Translations under genes and position numbers: made by a program
DNA from: an uncultured Candidatus Rokubacteria bacterium
Lineage (GTDB): Bacteria > Methylomirabilota > Methylomirabilia > Rokubacteriales > CSP1-6
Direction of reading: 5' to 3'
Assembly (NCBI GenBank): GCA_963758635.1
Contig: CAVWWD010000007.1
Span: forward strand, 288,001-352,000
DNA length: 64,000 bases
Notes under the pieces: model-generated
Databases searched by the model: none
Told to the model about the DNA's origin: nothing
What the model saw: only the letters and a program-made list of their open reading frames with translations
Shown: positions 31,515 to 40,840 of the stretch, piece after piece
Layout of the letters: every line of letters starts with the position of its first letter
Numbering within the stretch: position 1 is the first letter of the stretch

Positions 31515-32328
31515 GTGGCCGCTCGGCCCCTTCCGCGACGCCTCCGGCACGACCCTGACGCTTTCCGCGCCGCCCCGGCGCATCGTCTCCCTCGTCCCCA
31601 GCATCACCGAGACGCTCTTCGCCCTCGGGGCGGGGGACGACGTCGTCGGCTGCACGATCTACTGCCGCGAGCCCGCGGACGGCGTGGCCACCAAGACCCG
31701 CGTCGGCGGCGAGAAGAACCCGCGGCTCGACGTGATCCGAGACCTTGGCGCCGACCTCGTCGTCGCCAACGTGGAGGAGAACGTGCGTGAGCACGTGGAG
31801 ACCCTGCGCGGCTGGGGTGTGCCGGTGTACGTCTGCTATCCGCGCACGGTGGCCGAGGGCATCCGCCTCGTCCGCGACCTCGGCGAGGTCACGGCGCGGG
31901 CAGGCCGGGGCGCGGAGCTGGCCGGGGAGCTCACCGCCGCCCTCGACGCGGTGCGCGCGGCTTCGGCTGCGCGGCGGGCGAGGGTCTTCTGTCCCATCTG
32001 GCGCCAGCCCTACATGACCATCAACAGGGATACCTACGTGCACGACGTGTTCGCCGAGTGCGGCGCCGACAACGTCTTCGCGGAGCGCGCCGAGCGATAC
32101 CCGGTGGTGGAGCTGTCGGCGGTGGCCGCGGCGGCCCCGGACGTGATCGTTCTCCCGGATGAGCCCTACCGCTTCCGCCGCGCGCACCTCGCCGACTTCG
32201 CGCCGCACGCGGCGATCCCTGCGATCAGGGACGGCCGCGTGCACTTCGTCGACGGCAAGCTCCTCACCTGGTACGGCCCGCGGATCGCCGAGGCCCTCCG
32301 GGCGCTGCCCCCGCTCTTCCGGAGCTGA
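31515..32328 (+). CDS. Helical-backbone metal/cobalamin-binding protein (BtuF-like); probable indel at the start
   Basis: PRRIVSLVPSITETLFALG, VGGEKNP, N.EEN, PDEPY.F, VDGKLLTWYGPR; no in-frame start codon before 31684. Confidence 0.8.
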
Positions 32329-32343
32329 GCTGGCGCGCCGGCT

Positions 32344-32805
32344 CTACTCGACCTCCAGGATCATCTCGATCTCGACGGGAATGCCGGACGGCAGCTCGGC
32401 CATGCCCACCGCGGAGCGCGCGTGCCGGCCGTTCTCGCCGAAGACCGAGACCATGAGGTCGGAGAAGCCGTTCATGACCTTGGGCTGGTCGCCGAAGCCG
32501 TCCGCGGAGTTCACCATGCCGAGGACCTTCACCACGCGCTTCACGCGGTCGAGGCTCCCGAGGAGCGCGCGCGTGGAGCCGAGCAGGTTGATGCCGACCT
32601 CGCGCGCCGCCTTGTACCCGTCGTCGGTCGAGAGGTCGCGGCCGAGCTTGCCGCGCGGCATCGGCGTGCCCTCGGTGCGGATGGGGCCGTGCCCGGACAG
32701 GAACAGCAGGTTGCCCACGCGGACGCCGGGCACGTAGTTGCCCATCGGGGTGGGCGGCGGGGGCAGCGTGATGCCGAGCTCCTTGATCTTCGCTTCCGCG
32801 CTCAT
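32344..32805 (-). CDS. RidA/YjgF family protein
   Basis: GNYVP, LFLSG, V.NG.SDL...FGE.GRHARSAVG..LP...VEIE. Confidence 0.92.
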   Translation of the reverse strand: MSAEAKIKELGITLPPPPTPMGNYVPGVRVGNLLFLSGHGPIRTEGTPMPRGKLGRDLSTDDGYKAAREVGINLLGSTRALLGSLDRVKRVVKVLGMVNSADGFGDQPKVMNGFSDLMVSVFGENGRHARSAVGMAELPSGIPVEIEMILEVE

Positions 32806-32837
32806 GGTGGTGCGGCTCCTCACGGCGGACATGGAAG

Positions 32838-33056
32838 TGCGAAGCGAGCCGTAGGCGAGCGGAGCGCATATGGAAATGCAGTGGAACTAACCGCAGCCCG
32901 TGGTTTAAGCGGAGCGCATATGGAAAGGGCAGTGGAACCACCCGCAGCCCGTGATTTGCCGAGCGCTGGAAATGCAGTGGAACCACCGCCGCCCGTGATT
33001 TGCCGGCAGCCCGTGGTTTGCCAAGCGCATAGGGGAAAGCAGTGGAACACCGCAGA
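32838..33056 (+). repeat. Degenerate ~50-bp tandem repeat (about 4 units)
   Basis: Unit agcgcatatggaaa(t)gcagtggaac..ccgcagcccgtgRttt repeated; inverted homologue at 36948-36997. Confidence 0.85.
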
Positions 33057-33096
33057 CGGTAGTGGCTCGCCGTACGCGGCGAGCCCGCAGGCCCGC

Positions 33097-33396
33097 TTAC
33101 CGCTGGAAGGCCCAGTCGCCCGGGCCGGGTCCCACGAAGAAGAACGCGGGGCCGTCCTTGTCGGTGCGCCAGACGATCGCATCGACGTCGAGGGGACGGC
33201 CATGGGGCGGCCGGAACTTGAGACGGGCGGTGCTGCCGAGCGTCAGCGGCTCGTCGAGCTGGATCTTGGCGCCGACCGGGCTGAGGTTCACGGTCTGACG
33301 ATCGTAGGTGCGCCCACCAGATTCCACGGTGACGGGCCACGTGACGCTGGACCTCGGATGTCTCCGCAGATCCGCTTCAGCCGCGTCCAGACTCAT
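33097..33396 (-). CDS. PilZ domain protein
   Basis: RRHPR (RxxxR), NLSPVGA (D/NxSxxG), VW. Confidence 0.85.
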   Translation of the reverse strand: MSLDAAEADLRRHPRSSVTWPVTVESGGRTYDRQTVNLSPVGAKIQLDEPLTLGSTARLKFRPPHGRPLDVDAIVWRTDKDGPAFFFVGPGPGDWAFQR

Positions 33397-33711
33397 CTGT
33401 CACCTCCGGGGTTCGCCCGCTCATCCGCGTCGTGGGCGAGCGGGCCTCATCACACGATCGCGGGACTAAAGTGGCAAGATCGCTCAACGATGTCAAGAAC
33501 CTTCGTACACTTATGGCCTGTTTTTCCGCCAGTTTCTGACCGGGACGCCCCCGCTCGAGTGGCGCGTCCGCCGCGCAAAGGTTGTAGGGGTTTTGCATGT
33601 ACGCCGGGAAAGTACTTGATTCGGCGCGCATCGAGCGCAGGGGGCAAAATCTCCCCAAGGCCTCAGCTTGGAGGCCGGCCGAGCCCTGTGACAGAATGGC
33701 GAAGCGCCTCC

Positions 33712-34509
33712 ATGAGCTCGCCCGTCACGCCCTCTCCCGCCGCCACGCTGGTCCTGCTGCGCGATCGGCCGGGCGCGCGCATCGAGACGCTCCTGATCCA
33801 GCGCCACTCCCGGAGCAAGTTCGCGGCGGGCGATCACGTCTTCGCCGGAGGCAAGATCGAGACGGACGACGTGCCGCCCGATGCCGAGCGCTTCTGCGTG
33901 GGGCTCCGGCCCGCCGACGCGGCCGCGCGTCTGGGTGGCACCCTCGGTCCGCGCGAGGCGCTCGGCTACTGGGTGGGCGCCATTCGCGAGGCGTTCGAGG
34001 AGGTGGGGCTGCTGCTCGCCTATACCGGCCCCGGCCGCCTCGTCCGCTTCGACGCCGACAATCGTGAGCGGTTCGCCGCGCACCGCACGGCGTGCCAGCG
34101 GTCGAACCAGGCGTTCTTCGAGATGCTCCGCGCCGAGTCCCTCACGCTCGCCACCGACCGCCTCGCCTACTTCGCGCACTGGATCACGCCGGAGGAGAAC
34201 CCGATCCGCTTCGACACACGGTTCTTCGCCGCGGAGGCCCCCACCGGCCAGGAAGCGGAGGCGGACGGGACCGAGATCGTCGGCACGCGCTGGCTGACCC
34301 CGGACGAGGCCTTCCAGGCCCTGGCCCGGAAGGAGATCTCGCTCCGCACGCCCACGCAGAAGAACCTCCAGCTCCTCACGGGCGCGGGATCGGCGGCCGA
34401 CCTGGTCGCGCGGCTCCGCGAGCGCACCGTCTCCACCATCCGCCCGCGCGTCCTCACCGTCGACGGCAAGCCCGTTCCCGTCTTGCCGGGCGACCCGCGC
34501 TGGTACTGA
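33712..34509 (+). CDS. NUDIX hydrolase (NUDT19-like)
   Basis: PAATLVLLRD, VFAGG, AIREAFEEVG, HWITP....RFDTRFF. Confidence 0.9.
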   Translation: MSSPVTPSPAATLVLLRDRPGARIETLLIQRHSRSKFAAGDHVFAGGKIETDDVPPDAERFCVGLRPADAAARLGGTLGPREALGYWVGAIREAFEEVGLLLAYTGPGRLVRFDADNRERFAAHRTACQRSNQAFFEMLRAESLTLATDRLAYFAHWITPEENPIRFDTRFFAAEAPTGQEAEADGTEIVGTRWLTPDEAFQALARKEISLRTPTQKNLQLLTGAGSAADLVARLRERTVSTIRPRVLTVDGKPVPVLPGDPRWY

Positions 34510-34554
34510 TCTCTCGCCCCGGCTCGGGGTGTCCTTCCGCCCGATCTCCCTCGC

Positions 34555-35061
34555 TCAGCCCGCGTCGTCGAACGCAGCCTCGTAGCGGACCAGGCCGCGC
34601 GCGCCGCCGAGGGCGCCCGCCTCGAGCTCCGTCACCATGAAGACCTCGGGCGGCACCGGCCAGCGGCAGGAGAGCCCACGCGGCGCGGCGGGGACGAAGC
34701 CGAAGCGCGGGTAGTAGTCCGGATGCCCGAGGACGACGACCACGCGGCGTCCCATCCGGCGGCACGCCTCGAGGCCCGCGCGCACGAGATCGCCGCCAAC
34801 GCCGGCGCGCTGATGCGCGGGCGCGACGGCCATGGGGCCGAGCGCCATGGCGCGGGGCGCCGAGCCGGGCGATCCGATCTCGACGGGGCTGAAGAGAATG
34901 TGGCCGACGACGCCGTCCTCGGCGACGGCCACGAGGGACACCAGCGGCGACACGCGGGCGCGGAGGCGCTCGACGAGGTCCGCCTCGGCCGGGCGCCCGA
35001 AGGCGGCGGCGACGACGGCCCGGACGGCGCGCTCGTCGCCAGCCGCCTCGGGCCGGATCAC
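34555..35061 (-). CDS. GNAT N-acetyltransferase (YhbS-like)
   Basis: EADLVERLR, VVGHILFS, LGPMAV.P.HQRAGVG, VLGHPDYYPRFGF. Confidence 0.9.
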   Translation of the reverse strand: MIRPEAAGDERAVRAVVAAAFGRPAEADLVERLRARVSPLVSLVAVAEDGVVGHILFSPVEIGSPGSAPRAMALGPMAVAPAHQRAGVGGDLVRAGLEACRRMGRRVVVVLGHPDYYPRFGFVPAAPRGLSCRWPVPPEVFMVTELEAGALGGARGLVRYEAAFDDAG

Positions 35062-36086
35062 GGCACGAGGACGATCTTCCCGAACTGCTTGCCCTCCGCG
35101 AGCTTCTGCTGGGCGGCGACGCCCTCGGCCAGCGGCATCACCGAGTCCACGATGCCGCGGAGCCGGCCGCGGAAGAGCTGGGACATCACGGTGGCGAACT
35201 CCGCGTTGGTGGCCATGGTCGATCCGATGATGGAGATCTGCTTCCAGAAGACCTGGCGCACGTCGGTCTCGCAGATGGGCCCCGACGTGCCGCCGCAGGT
35301 GACGAGGCGGCCGCCCTTGGCGAGCGAGCGGATCGACCCCGGCCACGTGGCCGCGCCCACGTTCTCCAGCACCACGTCGACGCCCCGCCGCCCCGTCTTC
35401 TGGCCGATGGCGCGGACCCAGTCCTCCTTCGCGTAGTTGATGCCCTCGTCGGCGCCCAGCTCGCGCGCGCGGGCGAGCTTGTCGTCGCTGGACGACGTCA
35501 CCCACACGCGGGCCCCGCAGAGCTTGCCGATCTGCACCGCCGTCGACGAGACGCCGCCGCCGACCCCGATGATCAGCAGGTCCTCGCCCGCCCGCAGGCG
35601 CGCCTGCGTCACGAGCATGCGCCACGCCGTCATGTCGACGAGGATGAAGGCCGCCGCCTCCTCGAAGCCGAGGCCGTCGGGCAGGGGGACCACCTTGTCG
35701 GCGGCGACCTTGACGTACTCCGCGAGGCCGCCATGGGCGTGCTCGCCGAGGATCCCGTACTGGAGGCAGAGGCTCGTCTCGCCCTTCGTGCAGAACTCGC
35801 AGCGGCCGCAGTGGAGGTTCGGGTTCACCGCCACCCGCTCGCCGACCGTCCGGCCCGTCACGCCCGCGCCGACCGCCGCGATCTCGCCCGCGATGTCGCA
35901 GCCGGACCAGAACGGGAGCGGCAGCTTGAGCCCGGGGAGCCCCTCGCGGACGAAGAGGTCCAGGTGGTTGAGCGCGCACGCCCGGACCTTCACGAGGACG
36001 TCGCCGTCGCCGATCTTGGGATCGGGCACGTCCATGTAGCGCAGCGTGTCGAGCCCGCCATGCTCGGAGAACGCGAGAGCCTTCAT
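35058..36086 (-). CDS. Zinc-binding alcohol dehydrogenase family oxidoreductase
   Basis: ALNHLD, CGRCEFC...C, GVGGGV, GRLVTCGGTSG, FGKIVL. Confidence 0.9.
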   Translation of the reverse strand: MKALAFSEHGGLDTLRYMDVPDPKIGDGDVLVKVRACALNHLDLFVREGLPGLKLPLPFWSGCDIAGEIAAVGAGVTGRTVGERVAVNPNLHCGRCEFCTKGETSLCLQYGILGEHAHGGLAEYVKVAADKVVPLPDGLGFEEAAAFILVDMTAWRMLVTQARLRAGEDLLIIGVGGGVSSTAVQIGKLCGARVWVTSSSDDKLARARELGADEGINYAKEDWVRAIGQKTGRRGVDVVLENVGAATWPGSIRSLAKGGRLVTCGGTSGPICETDVRQVFWKQISIIGSTMATNAEFATVMSQLFRGRLRGIVDSVMPLAEGVAAQQKLAEGKQFGKIVLVP

Positions 36087-36092
36087 GGGCCG

Positions 36093-36902
36093 CTACCTCC
36101 CTCCGTAGTCGGCGCGCCGGCGCTCGGCCGCCGCGCGCATGCCGGCCTTGCGGTCCTCGGACAGGAGCACGCCGGCGGCGGAGTCGGCCTCGAGGGCGAG
36201 CCAGGCGTCGCGGTCGCGCCAGTAGGTGCCGTTGATCGACCGCTTGGCCGCCTGCACGGCGAGCGGCGCGTTGGCCGCGATCTCCTCGGCCAGCTCGGCG
36301 GCGCGGGCGGGGAGCTCGCCGGCGGGGTGGACGGCGTTGACGAGGCCGATGCGGAGGGCCTCGGCGGCGTCGATGCGCCGCGCGGAATAGATCAGCTCCT
36401 TGGCCTTGCCGATGCCGATGGTGCGGGGCAGCCGCTGCGTGCCGCCCATGTCGGGGACGATCCCGATCTGGACCTCGGGGATCGAGAACACGGTGCCCTC
36501 GGCGGCGAGGCGCACGTCGCAGCAGAGCGCCAGCTCCATGCCGCCGCCCACGCAGACGCGCTGGATGGCGGCGATGACGGGCACGCGGCAGGACTCCAGA
36601 CGCGAGAAGCACGCCTGCAGGTGAGCGAGGTGCCGGCGGACGAGGGGCAACGCGCGCGCGGGCGACTCGTCGAGGCCGAGGCCGGACAGCGTCGAGCCCG
36701 CCTTCACGTCGAGGCCGGCGCAGAAGGCGCCGCCGGCGCCGGTGAGGATGGCCACCCGCACATCGGGCGCGTCGTCCACGGCCTCGGCGGCGGCCTGGAG
36801 CCCGTGCCACATCTCCACGTCGAGCGCGTTGAGGCGCTCGGGCTTGTTGAGCGTGATGGTGGCCACGGGGCCCTTGAGGTCGAGTTGGACCTTGGCGGTC
36901 AT
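36093..36902 (-). CDS. Enoyl-CoA hydratase/isomerase
   Basis: LNKPERLNAL, FCAGLD, GGGMELALCCD, PEVQIGIVPD.GGTQRL. Confidence 0.92.
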   Translation of the reverse strand: MTAKVQLDLKGPVATITLNKPERLNALDVEMWHGLQAAAEAVDDAPDVRVAILTGAGGAFCAGLDVKAGSTLSGLGLDESPARALPLVRRHLAHLQACFSRLESCRVPVIAAIQRVCVGGGMELALCCDVRLAAEGTVFSIPEVQIGIVPDMGGTQRLPRTIGIGKAKELIYSARRIDAAEALRIGLVNAVHPAGELPARAAELAEEIAANAPLAVQAAKRSINGTYWRDRDAWLALEADSAAGVLLSEDRKAGMRAAAERRRADYGGR

Positions 36903-36928
36903 CGGGCTCCTCACGCGGGGTCTCGGTG

Positions 36929-38038
36929 TCATGGTCGGTCGTTCCGCTGTTTCCACTGCTTTCCATATTCGCTCGCCTCGCCTTCGGCTCGGCTCGCAAA
37001 GCCACGCTCGCGCCCGCCGGGTTGGCCGTTCATGCGCGCGATCAGCGCGGGGAGGCGGGGGTCGTCCTGGCCGGGCTGGTAGGGCTGGTAGAGGCCGGTG
37101 CGGTCGAGGAGGCCGTCGTAGCGCTCCTGGAGCCGATCGGCCAGGGTGTCGTAGGTGGCGGTCACCGCGTAGGTGTCGAGCATCTCGTCGGTGATGAGGT
37201 CGGCCATGCCCGACCAGTCGCCCTCGACCGACTTGCGGTGGAGCCGGGTCGTGACCTCTTCCCAGCCGTGGCAGGCGAGCACGGGCTGATACGTGCGCGT
37301 GGAGCCGTAGAAGGCGATCTGCTGCTTGACCATGCGCGCCTGGCGCTCCCGCTCCGCGGGCGTGTCGCCCACCACCACGAAGCTCGACGTGGCGAACGTG
37401 AAGTCCGCGCGCGAGCGGCCCGACCGGCGCAGGCCCTCCTCGACGGCAGGGTGCACCACCTCGCGCAGGTACTTCGGGCTGTTGAACGGATGCACGTGGA
37501 GGCCGTCGCACAGCTCGCCCGCCACCCGGCACATGTACGGGTTCACCGCCGCGATGTAGATGGGGATGCGCGGATGGTCGATGGGGCCGGGGTTGAAGAA
37601 CGGCGTCATGACGTCGAACGTGTAGAACTGCCCCTTCACGTCGAGCTTGGCGCCGGTCTGCCAGCAGCTCCAGATGGCGCGGATGGCCCGGATGGCCTCG
37701 GCCATCTTCGGCCCCGGGGACTCGAACTTCACGGAGAACCGGCGCTCGTTGTGGGCCTTCACCTGGGTGCCGAGCCCGAGGATGAAGCGGCCGCCCGAGG
37801 CCTTCTGGAGGTCCCACGCGATGTGCGCGGTGATCATGGGGCTGCGCGAGAACACCGTGGCGATGTTCGTGCCGAGCTTGATCGAGGACGTGGTGCTCGC
37901 GGCCACGGCCAGGGGCAGGTAGGGATCGTGCTGGGTCTCCGACGACCAGAGGCAGTCGTAGCCCATGGCCTCGACCTTGCGCGCGTAGTCCGGGATCGAC
38001 TTGAGGTCGTGGGTGAGCATGCCGACGTCGAGCTTCAC
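36929..38038 (-). CDS. LLM-class (probably F420-dependent) oxidoreductase
   Basis: ETQHDPYL, RSPMITA..AWDLQ.ASGGRFILGLGTQVKAHNERRF, QIAFYGST. Confidence 0.9.
   Translation of the reverse strand: MKLDVGMLTHDLKSIPDYARKVEAMGYDCLWSSETQHDPYLPLAVAASTTSSIKLGTNIATVFSRSPMITAHIAWDLQKASGGRFILGLGTQVKAHNERRFSVKFESPGPKMAEAIRAIRAIWSCWQTGAKLDVKGQFYTFDVMTPFFNPGPIDHPRIPIYIAAVNPYMCRVAGELCDGLHVHPFNSPKYLREVVHPAVEEGLRRSGRSRADFTFATSSFVVVGDTPAERERQARMVKQQIAFYGSTRTYQPVLACHGWEEVTTRLHRKSVEGDWSGMADLITDEMLDTYAVTATYDTLADRLQERYDGLLDRTGLYQPYQPGQDDPRLPALIARMNGQPGGRERGFASRAEGEASEYGKQWKQRNDRP
36948..36997 (-). repeat. Solitary copy of the 32838 repeat family inside the 3' end of the LLM gene
   Basis: Reverse complement gcgagccgagccgaaggcgaggcgagcgaatatggaaagcagtggaaac aligns with gcgaagcgagccgtaggcgagcggagcgcatatggaaatgcagtggaac (32839-32887). 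Confidence 0.8.
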
Positions 38039-38122
38039 GGGCGCGGTCTCCTTTGGGCGGCGGAGTGGGGCGGCGCGTCGAGGATACGCGAGGGCAGCCC
38101 TCGCCGGCAACCGCGGGACAGC

Positions 38123-38208
38123 CTAGTCAGCCTCGCGCATCAGACTGATGCCGAGCGGTGGGATTGTAGAGGCCCGTGCTGGTTACCGTACCCTGCGAGG
38201 GTCATGAG
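38123..38208 (+). repeat. ~80-bp dispersed element, copy 2
   Basis: gtcagcctcgcgcatcagactgatgccgagcggtgggattgtagaggcccgtgctggttaccgtaccctgcgagggtcat. Confidence 0.88.
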
Positions 38209-39032
38209 CCGGCGGCGAGGCGGCGCGCCGCGTCCTCGGTGGCGGCGTCGGCGGGGAAGAAGCACTCCACCCGCAGCTCGTGCAGCGTGATGTCGTACGG
38301 CGTCCCGAGGCTGGCCAGCGTCGTGAAGAAGCTGAGCGCAACGTCGTCGCGAGAGAGCTCGATGGCGAGGAACGGCGACGTTGACGCGTCGAGATCGAGC
38401 GTGCGCCACTGGCGCGGCACGTCGGGGTACGACAGGAGCTCCTCGAGGAGCAGGCGCGTCTCGTCCGCGCCCGTGCGCAGGAGGTCCCGGTGCAGCCACT
38501 GGATGAGCGCGGCCGCGGTGGCCGCCCAGTTCACGATGTACGGGCGCAGGCCGTCGGGATGGTACGTGAGCCGCATCGCGTTCGGGATCCCGAGCGCGGC
38601 GGTGGCCGCGGGATCGAGGAAGAGGCCCATCACGCGGCCCGCGGCCTCGTTGGTCATGAGGATGTTCCAGTGACGGTCGAGGACGAGGGCGGGGTAGGGC
38701 TCCTGCTGGCGCAGCATGAAGTCCAGCGCGCGGCGCACCTGCGACATCTCGGGAGCGTCGAGGGGGCGCTCGCGGTACATCGGCGCGAAGCCCGCCGCGG
38801 TCAGGACCTCGTTCCGCGCCCGCGGCGGCACGTCGAGGACGCGGCACAGGAGGAGCGCCATCTCGCGGCTCGGACGGGCGCGCCCCGTCTCCAGGAACGA
38901 GAGGTGGCGCGCGGAGATCTCGGCCTCGAGCGACAGGTCGAGCTGGCTCATCCGGCGCCGCTCGCGCCACTGGCGGAGGAGCTGCCCGACGGCCCCGCCC
39001 GTCGTCCGCGTTTCGCCGCGCGCCCGCTGCAT
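38202..39032 (-). CDS. XRE-family HTH regulator with MmyB-like ligand-binding domain
   Basis: LRQWRERRRMSQLDL...ISARHLSFLETGR.RPS, EPYPALVLDRHWN, ELRVECFFPAD. Confidence 0.92.
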   Translation of the reverse strand: MQRARGETRTTGGAVGQLLRQWRERRRMSQLDLSLEAEISARHLSFLETGRARPSREMALLLCRVLDVPPRARNEVLTAAGFAPMYRERPLDAPEMSQVRRALDFMLRQQEPYPALVLDRHWNILMTNEAAGRVMGLFLDPAATAALGIPNAMRLTYHPDGLRPYIVNWAATAAALIQWLHRDLLRTGADETRLLLEELLSYPDVPRQWRTLDLDASTSPFLAIELSRDDVALSFFTTLASLGTPYDITLHELRVECFFPADAATEDAARRLAAGS

Positions 39033-39180
39033 GGCGCGCAGTCTACACCTGCGCCCGCGCGCCGCCATTACCTCGGAGGTAGGCCGGCCCGCGCTTCCCT
39101 CAGAGGTCATTGAATTCGCCGCGGACCGGGGTCAGTATCTCGGCACAGCGTCGTCATCTCCACGCCGGAGGCGTTGATCC

Positions 39181-39585
39181 GTGAGCGTGCTCAACCCCGA
39201 CGAGATCACCCGGCTGCTCGAGGGCACACTGGGTGCCCTCCTCGGCATCCGATGCGTGGAGGCGACCCGTGAACGGGTGGTCGCCGAGCTGACGATCCGC
39301 GACGAGCTGCGCACCAACGGGGGCGCGCTCCACGGCGGGACGCTGATGGCCTTCGCCGACACGATGGGCGCGGTGGCCACCGTACTCAACCTGCCCGAGG
39401 GCGCCGGCACCACCACGCTCGAGTCGAAGACCAACTTCTTCGCGGCGGGCCGGAACGGGGTCGTGCGTGCGGAGTCGACGCCGCTCCACCGCGGCAAGCG
39501 GACCATGGTGTGGCAGACACGCCTCACCGACGAGTCCGGACGCCTGCTCTCGCTCACGATCCAGACGCAGATGGTGCTGGCCTGA
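39181..39585 (+). CDS. PaaI family thioesterase
   Basis: LHGGTLMAFAD, TTLESKTNF, P.HRG.RT.VW. Confidence 0.92.
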   Translation: MSVLNPDEITRLLEGTLGALLGIRCVEATRERVVAELTIRDELRTNGGALHGGTLMAFADTMGAVATVLNLPEGAGTTTLESKTNFFAAGRNGVVRAESTPLHRGKRTMVWQTRLTDESGRLLSLTIQTQMVLA

Positions 39586-39669
39586 CGAGAGAGCCCGCGA
39601 AGCCCGGGCGCCCGGCTCGCAAGGCGTGGGAGAGGACAACCGTCTTGCCGTTGCCCGAAAATCGCGGCA

Positions 39670-40103
39670 ACTTTGGCGCCGCGAGCCGCCAGGAGCTCGA
39701 GGAGGTGACCGCCGTCCACGAGGGACACGCCACGGAGCTGGAGTCGGCGCGGCAGCGGCTGTTGCTCCTCGACCTCCGGCCCGAGCAGGTGCAGGCGCTG
39801 GGGAGCGCGAGCCAGGTGGTGTCGACGATCGTCGTGCCCGCGCCGATCGACGGCGTGATCACCGGCCGCACAGTCAATCTCGGCCAGGTCGTGAGCCTAG
39901 GACAGGAGCTCCTCGTTGTCACCGACCTCTCCGAGGTCTAGGTGGTCGGGGACCTCTACGAGCAGGACTTCGAGGCCGTCCAGGTCGGCTCGGAGGCGAC
40001 GATCACCGCGCCGGCGTACCCGGGCCTGACCCTGCGGGGGCGCGTGACCTATATCGACCCGCGCGTCGACGCCGAGAGCCTGCGGAACGCGCCGTCCGGG
40101 TAA
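39670..40103 (+). pseudogene. Internal fragment of an RND efflux membrane-fusion protein (CusB/CzcB-like)
   Basis: APIDGVI...VNLGQVV.....L..V.DLSEV*VVGDLYEQD...V.VG...GRVTYIDP; in-frame TAG at 39939 where Trp is usual; no start, truncated. Confidence 0.75.
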
Positions 40104-40190
40104 GTCGATGGCCACGGCCGGGATCGCGTCTCGGCTCCTGCTGTTGACGCTCCCGGCGTGACTTCGAGAGAGTCTGTCGGAGCCCTGCGC

Positions 40191-40812
40191 CTAGCTTGAG
40201 CTCCAGGAAAATGGCGCGAAGTGGCCGTTGTTCTTGCCCGTCGTATCGTCCCAATTGATCCCGAAGGCGTGCATGTGGCCCCGCGAGGCCTTCGCGAGCG
40301 CGAGGCGCGTCGCGGCGGGGTGCGCAACGTTGTCGAGATAGATCGGCTCGGTCGGACTCGCGCCTGGGATGCCCTCGACGGCGATGTCGAGCATGCCCGC
40401 GATCGACACCGCCCGGCGCATGCCGTCCCCGCTCGATGCGGATCGGCTTCGCCTCGACCCCGGCGAACGTGCCGACGAGCGGGCCGACGGCGGCCATGGG
40501 ACCGCCGCCCTGTCCGCTGCCAATCGCGGTCAGCGCCTCGCGCTGCGCCGGCGTCGCCCTGTCGTCCACGATCAGCCCGACTGTCCAGTTCCCGGCGATC
40601 ATCGGCCCCGGGGTGTGGAGCAGCACCGCGAAGCTCAGGCCGTCGAGCGCGGTCGAGCCGTACGAGCCGCGCTCGACGTGAAACACGAGGCCGGCGTCGC
40701 AATACCCCTGGGTCGGCCGCGCGGCGAGGCCCGAGGTGGGACACGGGCAAACGGAGTCACAGCTGCAAGCCTCGAAGTAGTCACCGCTGATCTTCCAGGT
40801 GGGACTCGCCAT
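40191..40812 (-). CDS. DUF1326 domain protein; frameshift near 40430
   Basis: W...GDYFEACSC...CPC......PT.G.C, G.M..GNW, D..A...QR.AL..I. Confidence 0.85.
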
Positions 40813-40840
40813 GACGATCCTCCTCTGTGACCGGGTGCAG

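Noticed and set aside
31240..31520. Cobalamin riboswitch ahead of the BtuF-like gene
   Set aside because: No room and no recognisable B12-box; the gap is occupied by a small ORF
32838..33056. Possible CRISPR array
   Set aside because: Units are contiguous and degenerate with no unique spacers, and there are no cas genes in the window
39939..39941. In-frame TAG as pyrrolysine or readthrough
   Set aside because: It sits at a usual Trp position (TGG to TAG) in a fragment lacking both ends; simple decay is more likely
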